From Amoebophrya sp. A120 (lineage: Eukaryota > Protista > Dinoflagellata), in the NCBI GenBank assembly GCA_905178155.1, contig CAJINV010000030.1, positions 111,727 to 175,726 on the forward strand: a stretch of DNA of 64,000 bases. The letters run 5' to 3'. Below are positions 34,476-44,815 of this stretch, piece by piece. Numbering within the stretch: the first letter of the stretch is position 1; each line of letters begins with the position of its first letter. Below the pieces are notes generated by a model, which saw nothing but the letters and a program-made list of their open reading frames with translations, was not told where the DNA came from and did no database searches. A program made the position numbers and the translations under genes.

Positions 34476-37400
34476 TTGCATACTCTGCGAAGCTGCCAGC
34501 TCCGGCACGGAGGCCGCGCCCGGGGGGCCTTCCATCGTGGTCCTTGGTGACAGGGATCACGTAGAGAAGCGCCCCGCCATCTACCTGGGGCCGGGTGCAG
34601 TTACCTCGGTAACTGCGCCCGTGGTCGGGCGTGGCGGGCGCCTCGAATTTCGTGAGGTCCAGAAGGTTCTAACAAGTGCAAAAATGTCTGGGGCTGGAAG
34701 ATTGTGGCGCTTGTCTTGCGTGTTTTGCGCGGCCCATGGTGTGCGCTGTATGTAATGCATGGCCTAGCACCCGCCACAGACTTTCAGAGGGCTTCCTGGT
34801 GCATTGTCCGCATGACAGACCGCACGCACTGGAACAAACTGGGCTGCCATTGTTGCCCATGCAACCAATAAAATACTTCGCTTGATGAATTATCGAAAGA
34901 CAGGAGCACAGGTTGCACCCTTCCAGACCCGGACATTTTTGCAGTGCATAGCTTCCGAGGTTGCACAACGCGGCGAAAGAGATCTTCGTGAACGCGTCGG
35001 ACCAGGTCTTTCGCGAATCCGGTGCCGGCGAAAACAAAACAAAAGCAATCCGGATCAACCTGAACAAAGAAACGGGCGAGATCGTGGTCAGGAATAACGG
35101 CTCTGGGATACCGATTCGGCAGATGGACGTAAAAACTGGAGCAGATCACCCCTCTACCGTGATGTGGGAGCCAACAGTGGTCTTCTCGGTTTGGCGGTCC
35201 AGTTCGAACTACGATGACACGAAAGACCGGACAACCGCCGGGCAGAACGGCCTCGGGGCCAAATTAACCAATACGGTCAGCAAAAAGTTTGATGTTGAAA
35301 CCGTAGACGACACTACGAAGAGGCGTTTTCGTCAGTCGTGGTCGCGCAACATTATCGAAGGAAAAAACTGTTTCACTGTGGTGATATGGAAAAACTGTTG
35401 TTTATTTTTTCGGTGTGAAGTTCCAAAATTTTTTGAAAGCAAGTTTGCATGTTGCTTGTGACGTGTGGTCTATTTATTTCAAAACTACATATGATCAGCG
35501 ATTTTTCGAGATGACCACAGTTAAAAAGTTTTTCCCTTCGAAAAACATGAAAGAAACGACGGGGCCTGTTGTGGAGGAAAACGTCACCGCCGAGCCGTAC
35601 ACGCAGGTGGCATTTGTTCTGGATTTTCACAACTACGACACGGAATCTGCTGACGCGGAGCAATTGGATGCGGACCAGCTTGAGGAGGACAGGCTCGGTC
35701 TGCTCAAAATGCTCGCCTATGAGACCGCGCTAGTGGTAGCAGGGAAGTGCCAGGTACTTAGACTTACTAGCTACGTCGGTTTGACTGATATTACAACCCT
35801 TTTCTCGGTGCGAGCGTATTAGTTGACATCATAGGGACAAAGATATTGATATTGGCATGACCGGAAAGATTCTTGCTTGCCCCGCCTCCGGTTATTCTGA
35901 TCCTCAGGCATAATCCATTGAAAATTTGAATGTTAGAAATATTCTTCAGGTGTATTTGAATGACGAGCTGCTGCCGATTTCTGATTTGAAGTCCTTCGTC
36001 GACCTCTTCGAGCAGCCGAAGCTTGACACTCCGGGCCTCAAGTATCCGCGACCGGTCTGCTACGAGGTCTTGAGCCAGGACTGGGAAATTGCGGCTCTAG
36101 CCGGAGACGGCGCGTCGTTCAAACAGCAGAGCTTCGTGAACGCGATCAACACAGTCGACGGCGGCACACACGTCGACTACATCAAGAAGCAAGTCGTCGA
36201 CGCGTTGGCGAAGAAATTGAAAATCACCACTTTCGCGGAGTTATGCAGTGCAAATATGTCTGGGTCTAGAAGAATGCGACGCGTCTCATGCTCGGGAGCC
36301 AGCAGCATTTTTCTCAAGTCTGTCATGCACATTTCTCATGCGCCACTTTTTTTCTCTTTCATGCGAATGATTGAAGTGTCCTCTTGATTGTCCAACTCGC
36401 ATCACAAGTTTCCAGAACACCAGACATAGTTGCAGTGGATAAAAAAAGAAAATTTTAACGAACCAGCTCTGGTTATTCGTCAAGTACCGCAGGGACAAGC
36501 CCGAGTTCGGGACGCAGGTCAAGTATGAAATGCAAATATGTGTAGGTCTGGAATATTGCAAGAACAAGATCTGCCATGCTTTTCTGGCGTGACTCTTAAC
36601 TCTGTGGTGCTGAGACGCGAACAGATCCTCCTCTTAAAACTACGTGTTATGCAAAAATACAGGCTGTCATGCGGGGTACGCAGCACAAAGGAGCTCAAAA
36701 ACTTGTCATGCTTGGGCATCTATTGTGATGCGCCTCTTCTTCACGGAATTGCATCACAAGGTGCCAGACGCAGACGCATTTGCATTCGATACGAAGGACC
36801 AGCTGACTAAACCATCTGTCAAGCAAATTGCCCGCGAGCAGGCAGTGTGCATACCGGATAGCTTCATATGGGATTGTCAGAAGTTACATTCTCAACTGTC
36901 ACATGCAAAATTACGATAAAAAAGCCGCCATACGATCAAGATGCTTCGCATGACAAATTCTCCGAGGCTAAACAGCATGAAAAACTGTTCCAAGTTCGTA
37001 TTGCGAGAGTTGCAGCCTCCACGATTCACTTTTGTATTCGCTGTCTTTGCATATACAAACTCATGTAACAGTGGAGAGTGTAACGTTTGAGATTCCGATA
37101 CCTTATCAACTCGATCCTGAAAAGCGGCGTCGCCGAAATGTTCCGAGCGGCTGCGAAGGAGAGGCAGCACAACAATATCAAGCGCAAAGATGTCCGGGTC
37201 TGGAAGAGTGCAGCCTTGTCACGCTGTCTCGCATGCCCCTTAAATGTGTAATGCAGGAAACAGGAAAAAAAAGCCAAGCCGATTGCCTGTCATGCAAAAG
37301 CGCAGTTTGCCACGCGGAAAGCGAAACACATCCAAGTGGGAGCCCAATAACTTGTCATGCAGTGGCGTGTATTGCCATGTCACAAAGCAGCACCACAAGC

Positions 37401-40400
37401 ATCCAGACCCAGACATATTTGCATTTGATACACAAAATGGACCAACAGTTTAAAAGCACGAAGGGGCACAAACGGATTCTAGGCCTCCCAAAACTCGAAG
37501 ATGCGAACCACGCCGGTCACGGGGAGAAGTCGCAGGGCTGCACGTTGATTCTCACTGAGGGCGACAGTGCAAAGGCGCTCGCGGTACAAGTTGGTTATAT
37601 TTGTACTACATTTACTTCTCTAGACTTTCGTACATTTTCATTTTGATTTTCCCGGACACGCATATAATATGTGGTGAGTTCGCTTCTAAAATCGCAGAGG
37701 AATGATCATTATTCCATGCGTGCTCGTGTGATTAATAGAAAGTGAAGGTAAAACCTAAGTCCTGCATAAGTATCAACATGACGTTTACCTCCAGGTTGCC
37801 GGCCTCGGCGTTGTGGGCAGAGACAAATACGGAGTGTTTCCCTTGAGGGGAAAGGTTTTAAATGTTCGTGATTGCAGCGATGCCCTATGACTTGCAAAAT
37901 TATCGCACTACCACTAGTCGTGAAGAGAGTAGCAATCGCGTTTATGCAGTACGAATCTCCTTTCCGAGACAAATTAGCACTGCAGATTCCATTTGTCATG
38001 CTGAGCAAATTTGTCCTGCGATTTCTACTAGTCGACAACTTTTCTGATGGCTTGGATCTCCTTGCTGTCGTGGAAGGATGTGTGTGAATGCACTCTACTT
38101 CGTGTGCGATATTTTTGCAATTCATACATCTTGTTTCACGGCAACAAGGAGATCCAGGCTATCTGTCGTATTGTTGGTTTGCAACCGCACGTGCCAAATC
38201 CGAATTATGAAGTTCTCTACTGTTGCGCTCTCAACTGTTGCGCAAATTTCCATCAATATTCACATGATCTAGCAGCTTCGCGCTAGATAGCATCAGGATC
38301 TGCGCCAAACCTGTAATGCAAAAAGCGCAATCTTTCCCCTTTTACTTTTCCCACTTTTGCATTGCAAATTTATGTAGCAGCTGAGAATGCAACATTTGAG
38401 AACTCCATGCGAAAAAGAAAGACCTTCGATACCAACGCATCATGATCATGACCGACCAGGATTTAGACGGGTCCCACATAAAGGGCTTGCTTGTCAATTT
38501 GTTCTTCTCCAAGTGGCCGTCTCTCGTGAAGGACAACGACTTTCTTTGCCAGTTCATCACCCCGATCGTGAAAGTCCAGAAAGGGAAGGAGGAGCGGATG
38601 TTTTACTCTCTGGCGGTGTACGACGAGTGGAGGAAGGAAAATAACAACGGTACTTATTTCTGCATGACGTGACTCACATTCATCGGGGCCGCGCCCGTCC
38701 TGCGTACTAGTCGTTATTTCTACGCAGACCGCGCTTGCGTGAGGCGGGACATGCAGAAACAAACAACATTCCCGAAATTTTTGTTTGCAAAAAAAACCAA
38801 CACTCTTCCGCAGGTAAAGGCTGGTCCATCAAGTATTACAAAGGGCTTGGAACCAGCACAGCTGCTGAGGCGAAATCCTACTTTCGCAAGATGGATGAAA
38901 TTATTCGGAGTAAAAACGTCCCCTCCAGAAAAACCAGAGTCAAGCTTAGATCTCTTCAGCACAAATCCAGAAGTTTTGGGATTCGCGCATGACAAACTTT
39001 CCGCTATATTGTAATGCAAGCGAGCGAGGGCAGCCGCATCACAAGGCCCTCTCCTCGTCCTCAACCTCATCCAATTTGTAGCATGACAAATTCCAAAACT
39101 CGACTGGAAATGCTTCTCTTGGGGATGCTCATTCCAAGTGTTCGCACCATTGCAAACCTGCATGACCACTATGTGGTGGGGACGTTTTTACTTTGGATAG
39201 CAAACAAGATCACGTTTGAGTACGACGATGAGGCGGACGAGACCATTGACCTCGCTTTCAGTGCGAAACGCGCCGACGACCGCAAGCGGTGGATGGCCGG
39301 CACACAGGCGACAGATGTCGTTGACTATCGGAACAAGACGCTCACATACACGGATTTCGCAAACAAGGACTACGTGCATTACTGCAAGTACAGTGCGGAG
39401 CGTGCGATACCGTCTGTGGTCGACGGATTGAAGCTATGCAATGCAACAGTATCGCACCCGTATAAATTGCAGCCATGCCGTGCGGGGGCAAATATTTCTC
39501 CAAACCTGCAGCAGAATGTATTTTTTAAGCCGCCGGGGTTTGGCTGGTTTTTTATAAAATCCATCCTTGTATTGCAATTGCCCTTGCAGACAGACTCCGC
39601 TTTTGTTCTTGCCGAAGTTAATTGTGTTTCAATTCGTATATACTAGCTCGATACTTTTGCAATGCATAGAAGCCGACCCAAAGAAAGATCTTATACGGTG
39701 CGTTCAAAAAGAAAATGAACAAAGACCTTAAAGTGGCCCAGATTATGGAAGAAAAAAGTGTTTGTGCATGCACATAAGCTGAGGATTATGTTCCTCATAA
39801 TGTAATGTGGAACGTGTCGCAGCCTGTTGATGTTTAAGGATTGGACAAACCTGCGCGCGAACTTGTACGCGGACCTGAAAGTGATAGTGATGCATGCGCG
39901 ACAAACCTTCCCTTTTATGCTGATGCAAATGCTTTTCTCCGCGATGCAACTGGTTGGCTACGTGTCAGAAAACGGGTGCTATCACCATGGCGAGACCAGC
40001 CTGGAGGGAGCGATTGTAGCGATGGCGCAGTCGTACGTCGGCTCAAACAACATCAATCTGCTCGTTCCCAGCGGACAGTTCGGCACGCGTCACTTGAAGG
40101 GAAAAGACGCTGCTTCGGGGAGGTAGGTTCTATTTATTTGGTTTTAGCAAGCGAGGTTGCGAGTCTCTTGAGTAATAGATTGTGCCTCGTCCGCGTGCAC
40201 TGGCATGTCGCAAGATTTTGTCCCAGCCGCGTGCACTTCATTCATTTACCACTGACTCAGGTACCTCTACACGCGGTTGAGCCCCGTGACCCGCAAGATC
40301 TTCCCGGAGGCAGATGACGATGTTCTGGAGTACAAAGAGGACGACGGCCAGACCATTGAGCCGACCTTCTTCGTCCCGCTAATACCGATGGTGTTGGTAA

Positions 40401-43400
40401 ACGGCGCGAGCGGCATCGGGACTGGCTACTCCACTGATGTTCCGAGCCATTCTCCAATATTATGCATTGCAAGAGCATCCTGCTGGTGTAAATGGCAGTC
40501 ATGCAGGACAAATCTCGCTTCCTGGTACCTGCATCAGCACGAGAAATTCCAGGGCTCTTCTTGAGAAAATGCGTCCTCCTGTGACATGACTGACATTTAT
40601 GCTAGTGCGATGCTTTTGTAGTGGATAAATCGCGATCATAGACAACATCAAGCAGCAACTCCGTGGAGGGCGACCGCGGGCACTGAAGCCGCACTACGAG
40701 AGGTTCCTCGGTGAGGTGATACGAAGTGCAAAAGTAAAAGTATAGCACTCGTATAAATGCATGACAAATTTTCATCTCAGCATGAGAAATAAAATTTGTC
40801 ATCCTGATTTACCTTGAGAAAAATATTTATATTTGTAACGCAAGACAACTTACACTTGCGTTTACACGAATGCGATACTTTTGCCTTGATAGGAGACGCC
40901 GATCGACAAGAACGGAACTTTCGTGATCCAGGGCAAGATTATGAAGACTTCGCCGACGGTGCTCGAAATTGTCGATATCCCCGTCGGTAATGGATCCGAT
41001 TCGACCCGGACCTACAAGGAGATGCTCGAGCGCTTCGTCGATCCGCCGAAGGTTGTCAAAGATGCGTATGGGATTTATCTCAAACGCTATGGTCTCAGCT
41101 GTTACATGTTGAATTGGTCACGCAAGAGAAGCAAGAGTAAGTAAAAGGAACGAGGACGACCTATTTGCGTGTCTTGCATTACAGATTATTTGGCAAGGGT
41201 TATCAGCCTGGTTTTCCCTTCGAGAAATTGTCATGCAGGGCAGCTTGATCGTGTCGATTCTGATTGTAAAACTTAAACTATTGCATGGAAAATGATGTAA
41301 CGTATGAGAGTGTAACGCTTGAAAGTCTCATAATGCGAAGACTGGCAAGTCGAAGGCTATTGAAGCGCCACCGGAACCCGTCATCTCTGATTACCGGGAG
41401 TACCACACCGAAGACACGCTGCATTTTAAGCTGAAACTCACGGAAGAACAAATGCAACGGGCGGAGGCGAGTGGTCTTCAAGGACTTTTCAAGCTGAACC
41501 AGACGCAATCAACAGCCAACATGATGCTGCATGATGCAGAAAACGTCATACGCCGGTACCCATCTGCGAACGAGATCATCAGGGACCACATGATCGTGAG
41601 GCTTCAGCTGTACGAGAAGCGCAAGAAGCACCTGATAGCAAAGCTCACGTATCCCCAGGAAAAACATGGTCCCCACCCCATAGTTGTCATGCAGATTTGC
41701 CGCTACAGGAAGATTTGTAATGCGCATTGCCAAGAGAGGCATTTCCAGTTGCGTTTTGGACTTTGTAATGCTGTAAACAGGATGAGGAGATGGATTTGTG
41801 TTACGGCTCTAGAAGTACTTTCCATACTGCACTACAATACAGAGACAAACTGGTCATGCTTGACGCTAAAAACTTCTCGATTTATTGTGTTGCGAGTTTC
41901 CCGTGGTCTTGACTCTGGGGTGGGGACGTTTTTGCTCAGAATATTACCGAAGAAAAAGTGATTCTCGGTGAACGTCTCCGTTTTACCGAACTGATGGTGG
42001 ACCCCGATTTCAGAGTGTTGATGGTGCAGTATCCTCTGCAAAAGTACTATCGTACCCGTAGTAATTGCGTTCGTGCATTACAAATCTCTTTGTCAAGGTA
42101 CTTCAGCATTACATAATTTAGTGTAATTTGTATTGCTGGGCTAATTTGTAATGCAATTTGAATTTCAATTTATACTAGTACGATGCTTTTGCATTGCATA
42201 TAAAAGGAGAGGCCGAAATTCATGCGGCACTCGCGCAGCACAATTTCAAACCGATTCGCGAGCTGCGACAGCTTGTTGCCAGTTCCATCGCGGAGGACAA
42301 AGAAGTAGATCTCGTTGCACAGCAGGACTTTCCGGGCAGTCAGAAGTACACGAGAGACGACTTCCGCTACTTGACAAGTGCTGACATTTACGGATATACG
42401 ATGGAGGAGGTAAGTGCGAATTATAGGTTTGCTGCGTAGTTGTATGTGGCTGGTTACACTTCACTGCGCACGTCGCAGAAAATTCAGCTCGGGAAGAACT
42501 AAGTACATGTATGAATATGCGTATCTATGGAGGTTGCAAGAATAGCAATTCAAGCTCGAAAAGGATAAGCACTATGAATGTTGTAATCGGATGAAAACAA
42601 AAAACTTGCAGGTGAACCGGCTTCGCGAACAAAGTCAGGCGAAAGCAGCGCTGCTTGAGGAAATCAAGAAAAAGTCGGTGGAGCAGATGTGGGACGACGA
42701 GCTTTCCGAGTTGCGCGAAATGCTATGACAATAGACTAACCCGCCCTCAACATTTGCAACCCAAGATAAGAAATCCACTTCCCATCCTCATAGTGCCAAA
42801 GTACTTTTGCATAGAGGGTCTCGGAAGGGACAGCCAAGTTGGCACGAAGTTCGGGATCTGTCATGCACAGGAGGTTGATGCATATAAATGGCATTTTCAT
42901 TCTCAATGGTTGACAGTCTGACTGCCAGTTGTGATGCCGCTCATGCCCTTCAAATACAGGAGAGTGGGAGTTGTCTATTAGCATAGCGTCTGATGGACGA
43001 AAAGCTTGAAAATGCAGAGGCGGTTATTGACAACGCAGAAGAGGAAGGGCCGGACAAAAGCAAGACGAAGAAGCCGAAAATGGCGGCTAAAGGAAAAGGG
43101 AAGCCAGACGCACCACTGCAGGTCGAAACCGGGGCCGACAACATCTCAACCAAACCGCAGAAGAGCTCGGCGGAGCTTATGCATTCCTAAAGTGGCTGGG
43201 TCTGGAAACTTTTCCTGGGGCCTCGCCGATGACTATGTTCTTGACTGAAGTGACAAGAAGAGCTTGCGCATGCAGTGTGGCATTACAAGTTCTTAGACTT
43301 CGCGCAGATGCGTAGTGCCAGTGAGCATAATCAACAGCGTTTTCGCATGACAAGCAGCGCTACAGAAGATAATGTGCTACAAATGCAATCCGGATTTTAC

Positions 43401-43940
43401 AGTTTTGCAAGACAAGGGCGAGCACACATGTCTGTACTTTTCCAGAACCAGCCACGCTTAGAATGAATAAAGCTGGTGCGGGAAAAACTGCAGCATGAGA
43501 TTGAGTACTTTTCGCAACAGGAAGTCAACAAGGAAGTACCGGTCACGAAAATCGTCCTGGATGACCTCATTGTCCAACAAAACGACGACAAGAAAAAACA
43601 ACCTGGACACCGGCCGTCTTCAAAAAAGAGACCACAGGCGGGGAAGAATATCAAGAAGAACGCGAAGGAGATGATCCCCGCTGCCGGCGCGAAGAAAAAC
43701 GAAAAGCTCCTTCCAGACTCCGATGAGGAAGAGCCGGAACAGAAGCGGCGAAGGGTGATCGGTACAGGGAAGAGAGGAGCAGGCGCAGGGAAGATAAAGA
43801 AGGGAGGAGCTGCAGGCACAGGGAAGATAGAGAAGCAGGTGATCGGTACAGGGAAGATGAAGAAGAGAGGAGCTGGTACCTTCATACAACAGTTAGCGAC
43901 AACTACTTCGAGTTCTTGTGCACTTTTTCAGTTTTTTTAG
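34476..43940 (+). CDS. TOP2: DNA topoisomerase II (type IIA), split by 18 introners and 5 GT-AG introns
   Basis: Reconstructed motifs HVEKRPAIYLG, EIFVNASD, SSNYDD..GQNGLGAKLTN, GGTHVDY, PKLEDAN, LILTEGDSAK, PLRGKVLNV, IMTDQDLDGSHIKGL, KYYKGLGTS, DGLKPTQRK, YHHGE, catalytic ASGRY (Tyr codon 40262-64), DYREYH. GT-AG introns 35754-35949, 37584-37794, 38650-38813, 40123-40260, 42410-42611. True 5' end may lie upstream (ATG near 34100). Confidence 0.95.
34670..34950. mobile_element. Introner, family B; can also be read as GT-AG intron 34666-34951
   Basis: TSD ggttc/gcttc. Confidence 0.92.
35353..35543. mobile_element. Introner, singleton TIR (tcgaaggaaaaaact)
   Basis: Perfect TSD aacat; restores WSRN|MK. 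Confidence 0.9.
36242..36441. mobile_element. Introner, family B
   Basis: TIR clear, TSD decayed; frame restored. Confidence 0.85.
36524..36791. mobile_element. Introner, family B
   Basis: TSD tcaag/cgaag; restores GTQVK|DQLT (cf. conserved SQTKE). Confidence 0.88.
36867..37100. mobile_element. Introner, family C
   Basis: gttacattctcaactgtcaca / tgtaacagtggagagtgtaac IR; frame restored. Confidence 0.88.
37176..37430. mobile_element. Introner, family B
   Basis: TSD aacaa/cacaa; frame restored. Confidence 0.9.
37886..38126. mobile_element. Introner, family A
   Basis: TIR clear, TSD decayed; frame restored. Confidence 0.85.
38206..38409. mobile_element. Introner, family C
   Basis: TSD cgaat/cgaaa; right terminus TG; restores PN|KKDLRY. 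Confidence 0.88.
38902..39199. mobile_element. Introner, family D
   Basis: agtaaaaacgtcccc / ggggacgtttttact perfect 15-bp IR; frame restored. Confidence 0.92.
39435..39668. mobile_element. Introner, family A
   Basis: Perfect TSD gaagc; restores invariant DGLK|PTQRK. Confidence 0.96.
39744..39946. mobile_element. Introner, degenerate
   Basis: TSD cagat/caact; restores KVAQLVGY. Confidence 0.8.
40461..40627. mobile_element. Introner, family A
   Basis: TSD aatat/aatcg; frame restored. Confidence 0.85.
40720..40891. mobile_element. Introner, family A; can also be read as GT-AG intron 40716-40892
   Basis: TSD ggtga/ggaga. Confidence 0.9.
41067..41332. mobile_element. Introner, family C
   Basis: Perfect TSD atgcg; frame restored. 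Confidence 0.9.
41650..41943. mobile_element. Introner, family D
   Basis: gtccccacccca / tggggtggggac IR; TSD tcacg/ttacc. Confidence 0.9.
42030..42200. mobile_element. Introner, family A
   Basis: TIR clear, TSD tgcag/taaaa; frame restored. Confidence 0.85.
42724..42985. mobile_element. Introner, singleton TIR (tatgacaatagac)
   Basis: IR with gtctattagcata; TSD decayed; frame restored. Confidence 0.8.
43178..43469. mobile_element. Introner, family B-related
   Basis: TSD gagct/aagct; gtggctgggtctggaaa / tttccagaaccagccac IR. Confidence 0.9.
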
Positions 43941-44055
43941 GTGTAGATCTAGATACAAACATAACACTTTTTTATGTCTTGAACGAAATACGACATAATC
44001 ACCCTATGAAAAAACAGCAGTGGGCATTGTCGGTGAACAGAAACTCGCAACCGAG

Positions 44056-44309
44056 TATGGCCTTGTCAGCTGTTGCGCTCTCAGGAATTACAGTGTGAAT
44101 GCCAAACGCTAGCTTCGATGTTTTTCTTTCCGACCCGATTGAATACCAGTACCTTCAGCTTCAGCGCAAACCAGAATGACACAATTTTTGTCATTCAAAG
44201 TTGGCCCGTGGAGAAGGAAGGCTTGGTTTTCTTAGCGGCTCGATTATTGGTTGAGAACGTGTAAGAATGCAGTGTAATACTCGAGAGCGTAACAGCTGGC
44301 AATCCCATA
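44056..44309. mobile_element. Introner, family C-related; host frame unresolved
   Basis: tatggccttgtcagctgttgcgctctc / gagagcgtaacagctggcaatcccata IR; TSD ccgag/cggaa. Confidence 0.85.
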
Positions 44310-44414
44310 CGGAATATGAGTTTGAGAAGGAGCAGAATTTATCTCCGAAAACCAGCTAGTTGCGACAGGTGCTTACTTTGATTCTGATGTATGGTTTTTC
44401 ATGTTCGTACGAAC

Positions 44415-44725
44415 TATCAAATTCATGATATGTCTGGTTGTAGAAACCTGTGATTATGTTGAAATGCGGATGAGTCAAACACTTATACTTGCAGTTGTGC
44501 ATGGGCATGACAAATTATATACAATGCTCTCACTCTCTGAAGCCAAATGCGCATGACAAATTTCGTTTTTGATGTGATGCAGTCGGGTATGCCTGACAAA
44601 TTTCGTTTTTGCATGACAAATGCAGCAACGCTTTTGCTGGTCATGCAACACAGATTCTATCGGAATGCAAGAGAAGTAGCTTAGATTGTACTTGCCCAGA
44701 CCCAGACATGATATTCGCGCAGACA
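44415..44725. mobile_element. Degenerate family B element, right end approximate
   Basis: atgtctggttgtagaa ... cccagacccagacat; dense gcatgacaaa motifs. Confidence 0.65.
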
Positions 44726-44815
44726 TCTTAGTCCGCGAAAGTTGTTGGGCTCGTGGGTTTCTAGAAGCAGCATCCATCCACCCCATTTTGAGCACATGTC
44801 AAGCAACTAGTCGCT

